From: Longimicrobiales bacterium
GTDB lineage: Bacteria; Gemmatimonadota; Gemmatimonadetes; Longimicrobiales; Gaopeijiaceae
Length of the DNA stretch: 64,000 bases
Direction of reading: 5' to 3'
NCBI GenBank assembly: GCA_965202805.1
Contig: OZ241869.1
Location: 1,248,001-1,312,000 of the forward strand
Shown here: positions 1-8,899 of the stretch, piece after piece
Position numbering within the stretch: the first letter of the stretch is position 1
How the letters are laid out: the number at the start of each line of letters is the position of its first letter
Translations under genes and position numbers: made by a program
Notes under the pieces: generated by a model
Database searches by the model: none
Told to the model about the DNA's origin: nothing
The model's input: the letters and a program-made list of their open reading frames with translations, nothing else

Positions 1-738
1 CAGGGCGGCCGCGGCGAGGATGCCCGCCTGGCGGAAGCCGCCGCCGAACTGCTGCTTGAAGCGCCGCGCCCGCGCCACCAGCTCCTGCGAGCCGGCCAGA
101 GCGGAGCCCACGGGAGCTCCGAGGCCCTTGCTGAAGCAGACGTTCACGGTGTCGAAGGGCGCGGCGTACCGGGCCTCGGAGACGCCGGAGGCCGCCGTGG
201 CGTGCCAGAGGCGGGCCCCGTCGAGATGGGTGGCGAGGCCGTGGCGGCGCGCGGCCACGCACACCTCCTCGACCTGGCCGAGCGACCACACCGTGCCCCC
301 TCCCCCGTTGTGGGTGTTCTCCACGCACAGCAGCCGGGGCGGCGATTCCAGGTGGGTCGGGTTGAAGGGATGCTCCGGCTCCACGGCGTCGTCCACGTCG
401 GCCGCGGTGAAGACGCCGCTGCGTCCGGGAAGGGGCTTCATGGACACCCCGCTGAGCGCGGCGGGAGCACCCGATTCGCTGCGCACGATATGGGCGCTCC
501 GGTCGATCAGGACCAGGTCGCCGGGCTCGGTGTGGGCGCGCACCCCGATCTGGTTGGACATCGTGCCCGTGGGGACGAAGACCGCGGCCTCCTTGCCCAG
601 CAGCTCCGCGGTGCGCGCCTCCAGCCCGTTCACCGTGGGGTCGTCGCCGTAGACGTCGTCGCCCACCGGGGCGGCGGCCATGGCCTCCCGCATGGCCGGG
701 GTGGGGAGGGTCACGGTGTCGCTGCGCAGATCGATCAT
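1..738 (-). CDS. ltaE: Low-specificity L-threonine aldolase (PLP-dependent), 3' end runs off the window
   Basis: Not in the ORF track. Reverse strand from ATG at 738 reads [64 protein letters not shown], the characteristic threonine aldolase N-terminus. Confidence 0.9.
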   Translation of the reverse strand, partial: MIDLRSDTVTLPTPAMREAMAAAPVGDDVYGDDPTVNGLEARTAELLGKEAAVFVPTGTMSNQIGVRAHTEPGDLVLIDRSAHIVRSESGAPAALSGVSMKPLPGRSGVFTAADVDDAVEPEHPFNPTHLESPPRLLCVENTHNGGGGTVWSLGQVEEVCVAARRHGLATHLDGARLWHATAASGVSEARYAAPFDTVNVCFSKGLGAPVGSALAGSQELVARARRFKQQFGGGFRQAGILAAAAL

Positions 739-775
739 GACCCGCGATACCCCGGGCGGGGCGGGTGGTGTCGCA

Positions 776-1801
776 TCACCGCTGCGGCCCCGGAGCGCCG
801 AAACCGCGACCGGGCGATCCACCCGAAGGCGCCAGCGGCACACCGGCGATCTGCCGTCGCAGCGCGCGGATGCCCGCCGGACCGACGCGGCAGCACCCGC
901 CGACTCCTGCCGCGCCGCGCGCGATCCAGCCGCGCGCCTCCAGGAACGGCTCGCCGGCCTCTCCGGCGTCGGCGGGCCAGTGCCACGTGCCGGTGTGGGC
1001 GTCGTACACCTCCCCCGAGTTGGGATAGACGATCACGGGAAGATCGGTCTCGCCCCGGATTCGTCCGATGAGTTCCCCGACGTCGGCGGGCGCGACGCAG
1101 TTCACCCCCACCGCCCCCACCCTTTCCGCCCGATCGCAGAGGCGCGCAGCCTCCTCCACCGGCGTGCCGTCCCAGAGCCCCGCGCCATCCGCGCAGCAGA
1201 AGCTCATCCACACCCACGCTTCCGGCGTCTCGGCCAGAATCCCGAGCAATGCCTCGACCTCGAGACCCGAGGGGATGGTCTCGCAGAGGATCAGGTCGGC
1301 GGCCGAGCGCGCGAAGAGCCGGAAGCGGCGCCGGTGGAACTCGTCCAGCACGCCGCGCCCGACGCCGTACCGGCCATCGTACTCCGACCCGTCCGCGAGA
1401 TACGCCCCGTATGGGCCGGCACTCGCCGCCACCAGCGGCCGCAGCCGCCCGCTGCGGTTGGCCTGAACCGCCCAGTACCGGTCGCGCGCCTCTACGGCCA
1501 GCGCGATCGAGAGCTCCAGGAAGCCGGCCGCCTCGGCATCGCCGTAGCCCTGCTCGCGGAAGCCGGGGAAGCTCGCCTGGTAGCTGGCGGTGGAGACGCA
1601 GTCCGCACCTGCGGCAAGGTATTCGGCGTGGGTGCGCCGGATGGCGCCGGGGTTCGAGACGAGCAGTTCGGCGGACCAGAGCCGGGTGCCGAGCCGGTGT
1701 CCCCGGGCTTCGAGCGCCGTCGCCAGACCCCCGTCGGCGATCAGAGGCCTTCCGCGTGCCAGAAACGGCGCAAGAGGTCCTGTCCGCTCCGCCGGGCTCA
1801 T
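776..1801 (-). CDS. mmuM: Homocysteine S-methyltransferase
   Basis: Motifs [61 protein letters not shown] (Zn-binding Cys). Start taken at ATG 1801, which overlaps the upstream stop (ATGA), rather than 2140. Confidence 0.92.
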   Translation of the reverse strand: MSPAERTGPLAPFLARGRPLIADGGLATALEARGHRLGTRLWSAELLVSNPGAIRRTHAEYLAAGADCVSTASYQASFPGFREQGYGDAEAAGFLELSIALAVEARDRYWAVQANRSGRLRPLVAASAGPYGAYLADGSEYDGRYGVGRGVLDEFHRRRFRLFARSAADLILCETIPSGLEVEALLGILAETPEAWVWMSFCCADGAGLWDGTPVEEAARLCDRAERVGAVGVNCVAPADVGELIGRIRGETDLPVIVYPNSGEVYDAHTGTWHWPADAGEAGEPFLEARGWIARGAAGVGGCCRVGPAGIRALRRQIAGVPLAPSGGSPGRGFGAPGPQR

Positions 1802-2160
1802 CCCTCCGGGCTGAGCAGCGTCGCGAACATCTCCGCGTTGTATCCCACCAGCAGCCGATCCCCACTGCGCATCGTGGGCGCGCGCAGCTTTCCGAAGCGG
1901 CTGCAGAGGAGGCCCACCAGATCCTCGTCGGCGGGCCGCGCGGCGTTCAGATCGACGTGCACGATCTTCTTTCCCCTGGCGACGTAGAGGTCGCTCACGC
2001 CCTCCAGCACGCCCAGGACCTCGTCGCTCGTCACGGGATTGCGCGTGGCGTTCCGCAGTTCCTCCGTCGCGATCTCGTTCTGCGCAAGAAACTCTTGCGT
2101 GCGCTTGCAACTGTTTCAGCCCGGGCGGTGATACCGCCATTCAACGGACGACGTGGCCAT
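1798..2160 (-). CDS. ArsC/Spx-like thioredoxin-fold selenoprotein, 120 aa, Sec at codon 15 (UxxC)
   Basis: GGAGG RBS then ATG 2160: MATSSVEWRYHRPG-TGA(2118-2116)-NSCKRTQEFLAQNEI..., in frame with track ORF 1798..2034, which has the ArsC-like GKLRAPT...LLVGYN. U-N-S-C sits where ArsC/Spx proteins have CxxC. Confidence 0.85.
2083..2099 (-). promoter_or_regulatory. Putative bacterial SECIS hairpin
   Basis: Perfect 7-bp stem CGCAAGA-GTT-TCTTGCG begins 16 nt after the in-frame UGA, with G as the first apical loop base. This fits the general bacterial SECIS geometry. Confidence 0.7.
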
Positions 2161-2338
2161 GGGTCCCTCCGGCGAGTGTGGCGGCGCGAACGGAAAAGAG
2201 TTCAGAAGGGCAGCGCCGGTGTGCCCTGACCTAATGTCGAACACCCGGGCTTGCGGCGCTATCGCGGCGGTCCGATTCTTGGGGCGCATCCGGGACCCGG
2301 GCCGACGCCGCCCCGCGACACCAACCGTGGAGACCAGG

Positions 2339-3067
2339 ATGACCCTTTTCCGATGTGCCGCGCTGGGTTGCCTGGCGCTCCTGGCCGCCGACGCCGGCGC
2401 GCAGTCCCTCGAAGACGCCAGATCCGCCTACGCGGAAGGCCGCTTTCTCGAGGCGGCAGAGCTCGCCGAGGCGCCTGGGACCTCCGACGGCTACGCGCTG
2501 GCGGCGGAATCGCTCGCGATATACGCCCACTACTTCACGTCCGGGGATGAGTGGGAGGAGATGGTCGCTCGCGCGATAGAGATGAGCGACGAGGCCATGG
2601 GCGCCGACTCCACCAACGCCGAGGCACACTATCAGGCGGCCCACGCCCTCGGCCGCTACGCTCAGGGTATTGGTGCGTTCACGGCGCTACGCCAGGGCCT
2701 CGCGGGGAGAATCCGCGAACGGCTGGATGCAGCGATTCGCCTCGATCCCCATCTCTGGGAAGCCAGACTGGCGCTCGGCGGATGGCACGCCGATATCGCG
2801 GCCGAAGGGTTCATCGCGCGACGGATGTACGGAGGGAACAGACCGGCCGCCATCGTCCTGTTCGAGCAGGCGCTGCAAATGGCGCCGGAGTCGAGGGTCG
2901 TGCTCTACGAATACGCGATCCGGCTGCCCGACCTCGACGAGGAGAACGGCGAGGAACGGGCGCGGGAGATGCTCGACACGGCGGGTCAATTGCCGATCGT
3001 CGACGCCTACGACGGACTCATCCAGGAGCTGGTGCTCGAGGCCATCGCGAACCGGGAGGGCGGGTAG
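2339..3067 (+). CDS. Secreted TPR-like helical repeat protein
   Basis: Signal peptide MTLFRCAALGCLALLAADAGAQ; TPR-like segments (NAEAHYQAAHALGRYAQ, AAIRLDPHLWEARLALG, LFEQALQMAPE). Confidence 0.7.
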   Translation: MTLFRCAALGCLALLAADAGAQSLEDARSAYAEGRFLEAAELAEAPGTSDGYALAAESLAIYAHYFTSGDEWEEMVARAIEMSDEAMGADSTNAEAHYQAAHALGRYAQGIGAFTALRQGLAGRIRERLDAAIRLDPHLWEARLALGGWHADIAAEGFIARRMYGGNRPAAIVLFEQALQMAPESRVVLYEYAIRLPDLDEENGEERAREMLDTAGQLPIVDAYDGLIQELVLEAIANREGG

Positions 3068-3089
3068 CCCGGCGGCCCGGGCGGGGACC

Positions 3090-4172
3090 ATGCGCATCGC
3101 GATCACCACCGGCGGCGGAGACGCGCCCGGCCTCAATGCCGTCATTCGCGCAGCGGTGCACGCGGCCCGGGCTCGGGGCTGGGACGTGTTCGGGATCCGG
3201 AAGGGCTATTCGGGTCTCTTCCAGGCGGGCTACGGCGGGGTGGTGGTGCTCGACGAGGCCGCGGTCCGCGGGATCACCCACGAGGGCGGCACCATCCTCG
3301 GGACGACCAGCCAGGGCAACCCGTTCTCGTTCCAGGTGACTCAGCCGGACGGGTCGGTGCGCACCGTGGACCGTTCCGGCGAAGTCATCGATCGCTTTCG
3401 CGAGATGGGGATCGACTGTCTCATCGCCATCGGCGGTGACGGCTCGCTCCGGATCGCGCGCGACCTGGCGCGCCAGGGCCTCAGCGTGATCGGCGTACCC
3501 AAGACCATCGACAACGACCTGGACGCCACCGTGGTCACGTTCGGCTTTCACACCGCCGTGCAGACCGCGACCGACGCCATCGACAAGCTTCATTCCACCG
3601 CCGAGGCGCACGAGCGCATCATGGTCGTGGAGCTGATGGGGCGGCATGCCGGCTGGATCGCGCTCTTCGCCGGCCTCGCGGCGGCCGCGGACGTGATCCT
3701 CATCCCGGAGATCCCCTACCGGCTCGACCGAGTGGTGGCGGCAATCGAGGCTCGGTGGAGCGGGGGCCACGAGTACGCGATCGTGGTCGTGGCCGAGGGC
3801 GCCCTTCCGGTAGGGGGCGAGGCCTCCTATCTGGACGACGGGACCGGCCTGAAGCGGCGACTGGGAGGGGCCGCGAAGCTGCTGAGCCACCAGCTCAGGG
3901 AACGGACCCGCCACGAGACCCGCAGCCTGGTGCTCGGACACCTGCAGCGGGGCGGCGCGCCGACCGCCTACGACCGCATCATTTCCCTGCGATTCGGATC
4001 CGCGGCCATCGAACTCGCGGAGCGCGGGCAGTTCGGCTGCATGGTCGCGCTGGAGCCGCCCGACGTGAAGGCGGTGCCCCTCGCCGAAGCCGTCAAGCGC
4101 CTCAAGATCGTGCCCGTCGATGGGGACGTCGTGCGGACCGCCCGGGCCCTGGGGATCTCGTTCGGCGACTGA
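3090..4172 (+). CDS. pfkA: 6-phosphofructokinase (mixed-substrate group III type, probably ATP-dependent)
   Basis: TGGGDAPGLNAVIR, GGTILGT, IGGDGS, PKTIDND, MGRHAGWIA, LGHLQRGG. GGDG rather than GGDD favours ATP. Confidence 0.93.
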   Translation: MRIAITTGGGDAPGLNAVIRAAVHAARARGWDVFGIRKGYSGLFQAGYGGVVVLDEAAVRGITHEGGTILGTTSQGNPFSFQVTQPDGSVRTVDRSGEVIDRFREMGIDCLIAIGGDGSLRIARDLARQGLSVIGVPKTIDNDLDATVVTFGFHTAVQTATDAIDKLHSTAEAHERIMVVELMGRHAGWIALFAGLAAAADVILIPEIPYRLDRVVAAIEARWSGGHEYAIVVVAEGALPVGGEASYLDDGTGLKRRLGGAAKLLSHQLRERTRHETRSLVLGHLQRGGAPTAYDRIISLRFGSAAIELAERGQFGCMVALEPPDVKAVPLAEAVKRLKIVPVDGDVVRTARALGISFGD

Positions 4173-4229
4173 TCTGACGAGACCGGACGGTCCCCGTCCC
4201 CTTGCCGCTACCCGAGTCGTGATCGCTGC

Positions 4230-4259
4230 TTGACAAGCCCTTATCCCGCTCCGCACTTT
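4230..4259 (+). promoter_or_regulatory. Sigma70-type promoter of the rightward glucan operon
   Basis: TTGACA (4230-4235), 18 nt, CACTTT (4254-4259). The same layout occurs at 16327-16298 on the minus strand. Confidence 0.65.
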
Positions 4260-4283
4260 GTTCGAGAGTCGAACAAAGTGCGG
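4251..4283. promoter_or_regulatory. Palindromic operator, probably for the ROK repressor
   Basis: Perfect 15-bp arms CCGCACTTTGTTCGA-gag-TCGAACAAAGTGCGG; core ACTTTGTTCG-N5-CGAACAAAGT overlaps the -10 box. Second copy at 16278-16302. Confidence 0.8.
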
Positions 4284-4345
4284 CGTGCTCCCACGCTGTT
4301 CAAGGCGCATTCACCGGCGGCGCCCCCCCGGGTCCGGAGCGAATC

Positions 4346-6793
4346 ATGACATCGAACACCTCCCTCGCACCGCCAGCCCTGGCATGCGCGCTCCTCCTGG
4401 CGGCTTTGGGCTGCTCCCGCGATCTGGGTCCGCTCGAGCCGGCGCCGTTTCCGACGAGCGGGGTTGTTTTCGAGGATGATTTCACCGGCGGCGTGCAGTT
4501 CCAGGCGTTCTCCACGTCCAAGGTCGACGCGCTCGCCATCGACCGTGTGGAGCGCTACCGGGGCGTGACCTCGCTCAAGTTCACGGTGCCCGGGCCGGGA
4601 GATCCCTCCGGCGGGTACTCAGGGGGCGCGTTCGTCTCCGCGATTCCCCGTGACCTGACCGGCTTCAACGCGCTCACCTTCCGGGCCAGGGCGAGCACCA
4701 GCGCCATCCTCAACTCCGTCGGATTCGGCAACGACAACACCGGCACCTCGCGATTCGTGGCGGATGTCGGCGGTCTTCCGCTCTCGACGACCTGGACGAA
4801 GTACGTCATCCCGATTCCGCTCGCTTCCAGACTGGACCGGGAGCGCGGCCTCTTCTTCCTCGCGGACGCGCCCGAGCATCAGGTAGGCTACGAGCTCTGG
4901 CTCGACGACATCCAGTTCGAGAGCCTGGGAACGATCATCAATTCACGCCCGGAGATCGCAACCCGGACGGTCAATGGAGAAGTGGGCGGCACACTCGACG
5001 TGACGGGCACGCAGGTCACCTTCGACGTGAACGGCAGGGACGTGACCGTGAACGCCATGCCCGGCTACTTCACGTTCCGGTCCTCGGACGAGAGCGTTGC
5101 CGCCGTCAACCAGGAGGGAGCCGTCGTCCTGGTCGGGGCGGGCACGGCCACGATCACGGCGAGCCTCGGCGGAACCGCCGCGCACGGCACGGTCACCGTA
5201 AACGTCGCGGCGCCGCCCACGACGGGCCCGCCGACGCCGGACTTCCCCGCGGACAACGTCATCTCGCTCTTCAGCGACGCCTACGACGACGTGCCCGTGG
5301 ACACCTGGTCGGCCGACTGGGACCAGGCGGACGTGCAGGATGTCGTGATCGACGGCAATACGCTGAAGCAGTACTCCAACCTGGTGTTCGCCGGCGTCGA
5401 GTTCACCTCGCAGCCGATCGACGCATCGGCCACGACCCACATGCACCTGGATCTCTGGACCTCCGATCCCTCGGCGTTCCGGATCAAGCTGGTGGACTTC
5501 GGCGCGGACGGCGCCTTCGGCGGCGGCGACGACAGCGAACACGAGATCACGCTCAACGAGGGTTCCGTGCCGTCCATCGGCGTCGGAGCCTGGAACGTCC
5601 TGGATATCCCGCTGGCCGACTTTGCGGGACTGTCATCCACGGGTCATCTCGCGCAGCTGATCATCTCCGGCGCCAGCCCGACCGTGTACCTGGACAACAT
5701 CCTGTTCTACAGTTCGGAGCCGATGGTGCCTGTGACCCCGGCGGCGCCCGCGGAGCCTGCGCCCACCCCGACGGCCGCGGCCGGCGATGTCGTCTCGCTC
5801 TTCAGCGATGCGTACGACGACGTTGCCGTGGACACCTGGTCCGCGGAGTGGGACCAGGCCGATGTCGAGGATGTCCTGATCGCCGGCAATGCGGCCAAGA
5901 AGTACACCAACCTCGGCTTCGCCGGCATCGAGTTCACCTCGCAGACCGTGGACGCCTCGGGCATGAGCCACTTCCACATGGACATCTGGACGCCGGATTC
6001 GTCGATGGATCCCGCCGCCTTCCGGGTGAAGCTGGTGGACTTCGGAGCCGACGGGGCCTGGGGAGGGGGGGACGACGTCGAACATGAGCTCGCGTTCACG
6101 GAAGCCTCCGACCCCGCGCTGGCCACGGGGAGCTGGGTCGGGCTGGATGTCCCGCTCCCGGCCTTCGAGGGACTCACAACGCGCGGGCATCTCGCCCAGA
6201 TGATCATCTCCGGCGATCCGAACACGGTGTACGTGGACAACGTCTACTTCTACGCCGTTTCGATGGAGCCTCCCACGGAGCCGGCCGAGCCCGCGCCGAC
6301 GCCGTCGCCGGCCGCCGAGAACGTCATCTCGTTCTTCAGCAACGCCTACGAGAACGTCACGGTGGACACCTGGTCGGCCGATTGGGACCAGGCGGACGTG
6401 GAAGACGTTCAGATCGGCGGGGACGACGTGAAGAAGTACACGAACCTCGCCTTCGCGGGCATCGAGTTCACCTCGGCCACGGTCGATGCCTCGGGCATGA
6501 CCCACTTCCACATGGATGTCTGGACACCGGATCCCACGGCGGACCCGGCCGCGTTCCGGATCAAGCTCGTGGACTTCGGGGCCGACGGGGCGTGGGGAGG
6601 CGGTGACGACGTCGAGCACGAAATCGCGTTCACCCAGGCGTCCGATCCCGCGCTGACCACCGGGAGCTGGGTCGCCATCGAGGTGCCCCTTTCCGCATTC
6701 GAAGGGCTCACGACCCGGGGGCATCTGGCCCAGATGATCATCTCCGGCGACCCGAACACGGTCTTCGTCGACAACGTGTACCTGCACAACTAG
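4346..6793 (+). CDS. Lipoprotein, putative surface glycan-binding protein: N-terminal beta-sandwich, Ig-like (Big_2) domain and three tandem CBM-like repeats
   Basis: Lipobox LAALG-C; Big_2-like FRSSDESVAAVNQEGAVVLVGAGTATITASL; three ~165-aa repeats (PTP...VISLFSDAY...DTWSADWDQAD...KLVDFGADG...HLAQ.IISG...DNVYFY) joined by Pro/Ala linkers; no catalytic motif seen. Confidence 0.75.
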   Translation: MTSNTSLAPPALACALLLAALGCSRDLGPLEPAPFPTSGVVFEDDFTGGVQFQAFSTSKVDALAIDRVERYRGVTSLKFTVPGPGDPSGGYSGGAFVSAIPRDLTGFNALTFRARASTSAILNSVGFGNDNTGTSRFVADVGGLPLSTTWTKYVIPIPLASRLDRERGLFFLADAPEHQVGYELWLDDIQFESLGTIINSRPEIATRTVNGEVGGTLDVTGTQVTFDVNGRDVTVNAMPGYFTFRSSDESVAAVNQEGAVVLVGAGTATITASLGGTAAHGTVTVNVAAPPTTGPPTPDFPADNVISLFSDAYDDVPVDTWSADWDQADVQDVVIDGNTLKQYSNLVFAGVEFTSQPIDASATTHMHLDLWTSDPSAFRIKLVDFGADGAFGGGDDSEHEITLNEGSVPSIGVGAWNVLDIPLADFAGLSSTGHLAQLIISGASPTVYLDNILFYSSEPMVPVTPAAPAEPAPTPTAAAGDVVSLFSDAYDDVAVDTWSAEWDQADVEDVLIAGNAAKKYTNLGFAGIEFTSQTVDASGMSHFHMDIWTPDSSMDPAAFRVKLVDFGADGAWGGGDDVEHELAFTEASDPALATGSWVGLDVPLPAFEGLTTRGHLAQMIISGDPNTVYVDNVYFYAVSMEPPTEPAEPAPTPSPAAENVISFFSNAYENVTVDTWSADWDQADVEDVQIGGDDVKKYTNLAFAGIEFTSATVDASGMTHFHMDVWTPDPTADPAAFRIKLVDFGADGAWGGGDDVEHEIAFTQASDPALTTGSWVAIEVPLSAFEGLTTRGHLAQMIISGDPNTVFVDNVYLHN
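5228..6790 (+). repeat. Three intragenic tandem domain repeats (about 5228-5710, 5759-6253, 6293-6790)
   Basis: Near-identical protein blocks and shared nucleotide stretches such as GTGGACACCTGGTC and GATCATCTCCGGCG in all three copies; repeats 2 and 3 are the most similar. Confidence 0.9.
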
Positions 6794-6821
6794 CCCAGGC
6801 ATCCCGGGGACGGGGGAGACA

Positions 6822-8057
6822 ATGTCCAGCGCGATGACCGCTCCGCAGGCGGCGGGCTCCAGAGCACGCGGGCCCTCGCTCTCGAACCTGATGCTCAAGC
6901 TCATCTGGCGGCGGAAGGAGATCTCGCGGGCCGACATCGCCCGGGTGATGGACCTGTCCAGATCCACCGTCTCAAGGATCGTCTCCGACCTTCAGTCCAC
7001 CGACCTCGTCGCCGATGTCGGCGTCGGGCCCAGCCGAGGCGGACGCCGTCCCGTTCTGGTGGCCTTCCAGGACGGCGCGCGCGTGATTCTCGGGGTCGAT
7101 GTCGGCGCCAGCCATGTCTCGGTGGCGCTGACCGACCTGAGGGGACGCGTGCTGGCCTGGCGGGAGCGAGGACATCCGGTGCGCTCCGACCCCGCCGGCA
7201 CCCTGCGGCTGATCGGCGAACTGTGCGACGCCTGCCTGGCTGCCCGCGACCGGCCTTTCTCCGACCTGGTCGGGATCGGTGTCGCCGTGCCCAGCCCGGT
7301 CGATCCCCGCAATCCGGGCCGCATGTTCGACCGGATCTTCCCGGCATGGCGCGGACACAGCGTCGTGGACCATCTGCAGACGCGCTACGACACCGCCGTG
7401 GTCGTGGACAACGACGCCAACCTGGGAGCCGTGGCCGAGCACCGGTGGGGATGGGGCGTCGGCGTCGACGATCTCACCTACCTGAAGGTGTCCACCGGGA
7501 TCGGTGCGGGACACATCATCGGCGGCAGACTCAACCGCGGCTCTGCCGGGATGGCCGGGGAGATCGGACACCTGGCCACCGCATCGGACGGTCCACCCTG
7601 CGTCTGCGGCAACCGGGGATGCCTGGCCACGTTCGCGGGAACCCTCGCCGTCCTGAACCGCGTGGAAGCCCTGCTCCCGGAGCATGCCGACAGCCTGCTC
7701 GCCGACCGCCGGCTCAGCATCGCCGCCTTCGAGGAGGCGGCTCTGGCCTCGGACCGGCTGGCACTGCGGGTCGTCCACGAAACCGCCCAACACCTGGGAA
7801 CCGCCATCGCGGGCGTCCTCAACCTGATGAACCCGGCCACGGTGATCCTCGGAGGCAGCCTCGCGCGTCTGGGCGACCTTCTGCTGGAACCGCTCCGGGA
7901 CGCGGTGTCGCGCAGAACGTTTGCGGGCTCCCTCGCCTCCGCAACCATCCGCACGAGCGCCCTGGGCCCGCAGTCCATCGCGCTCGGCGCGGCCACCCAT
8001 ATCCTCGACAGCGCCCTGGCCGATACCCGCCTCTTCCTGCGAGCAGCCGCCAAATGA
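6822..8057 (+). CDS. ROK-family transcriptional repressor (XylR/NagC/Mlc-like)
   Basis: N-terminal HTH (ISRADIARVMDLSRSTVSRIVSDL), GGRRP, GVDVG, DNDANLGAVAE, GEIGH...CVCGNRGCL Zn motif. Confidence 0.93.
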   Translation: MSSAMTAPQAAGSRARGPSLSNLMLKLIWRRKEISRADIARVMDLSRSTVSRIVSDLQSTDLVADVGVGPSRGGRRPVLVAFQDGARVILGVDVGASHVSVALTDLRGRVLAWRERGHPVRSDPAGTLRLIGELCDACLAARDRPFSDLVGIGVAVPSPVDPRNPGRMFDRIFPAWRGHSVVDHLQTRYDTAVVVDNDANLGAVAEHRWGWGVGVDDLTYLKVSTGIGAGHIIGGRLNRGSAGMAGEIGHLATASDGPPCVCGNRGCLATFAGTLAVLNRVEALLPEHADSLLADRRLSIAAFEEAALASDRLALRVVHETAQHLGTAIAGVLNLMNPATVILGGSLARLGDLLLEPLRDAVSRRTFAGSLASATIRTSALGPQSIALGAATHILDSALADTRLFLRAAAK

Positions 8058-8899
8058 ACGCCTTACGCAAGCATCTGCGAGAATGCCGGGTCCGGTTTCG
8101 GATTCCGGTCCGTCCCGTCCTGCTGGTCCCCGCGCTGGCTCTCATCGCGGCGTGCGAAGCGGACGAGGGCCCGATCTGGACGCTGGTCTGGGAGGACGAG
8201 TTCGAAGGAGCCGCCGGCCAGCTCCCCGACCCGCAACGCTGGACCTTCGACATCGGGGGTCACGGCTGGGGCAACGCGCAACTCGAGTACAACACGGATC
8301 GCGCGGAAAACGTGTCCCTGGACGGAAACGGCAACCTGGCGATCGTCGCGCGACGGGAGTCCTACCAGGGCAACGGCTACACCTCCGGCCGCATCAAGAC
8401 CCAGGGACGTTTCGAACAGGCCTATGGCCGCTTCGAGGCCCGCATCCGCCTGCCGGTGGGCGCCGGCATCTGGCCCGCGTTCTGGATGCTTGGCCACGAC
8501 ATCGACGCCGTCGGCTGGCCCGAGTGCGGCGAGATCGACATCATGGAATACCGGGGCCAGGAGCCCGGGGTCATCCACGGGAGCCTCCACGGGCCGGGCC
8601 ATTCGGGCGGCCAGGCGGTGACCCGGCGCCATGCCCTCCCCGACGGGCGCTTCGACACCGACTTCCATGTGTTCGGGATCGAGTGGGACAGCGAGTCGAT
8701 CTCCTGGTTCGTGGACGGCGAACGATACAACGTGGTCCGCAGTGGAGACGTCTCCGGGCGCTGGGCGTACGACCACCCCTTCTTCCTCCTGCTCAACGTC
8801 GCCGTGGGCGGGAACTTCATCGGTCCGCCGAACGACGCCACCGTCTTCCCGCAGACGATGCTGGTGGACTGGGTTCGCGTCTATGAGCGAGCCGGATGA
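8054..8899 (+). CDS. GH16 endo-1,3-beta-glucanase (laminarinase-like), lipoprotein
   Basis: LVWEDEF, GWGNAQLEY, YTSGRIKT, GIWPAFWMLG, catalytic WPECGEIDIME, LLNVAVGG; lipobox LIAA-C; ATG 8054 overlaps the ROK stop (ATGA). Confidence 0.92.
   Translation: MNALRKHLRECRVRFRIPVRPVLLVPALALIAACEADEGPIWTLVWEDEFEGAAGQLPDPQRWTFDIGGHGWGNAQLEYNTDRAENVSLDGNGNLAIVARRESYQGNGYTSGRIKTQGRFEQAYGRFEARIRLPVGAGIWPAFWMLGHDIDAVGWPECGEIDIMEYRGQEPGVIHGSLHGPGHSGGQAVTRRHALPDGRFDTDFHVFGIEWDSESISWFVDGERYNVVRSGDVSGRWAYDHPFFLLLNVAVGGNFIGPPNDATVFPQTMLVDWVRVYERAG

Noticed and set aside
1802..2140. 113-aa N-terminal extension of mmuM in the ORF track
   Set aside because: It overlaps the selenoprotein gene in another frame and has no family-like sequence.
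4251..4283. Rho-independent terminator of pfkA
   Set aside because: No U-tract; it overlaps a promoter and recurs in the same promoter context at 16278-16302, so an operator fits better.
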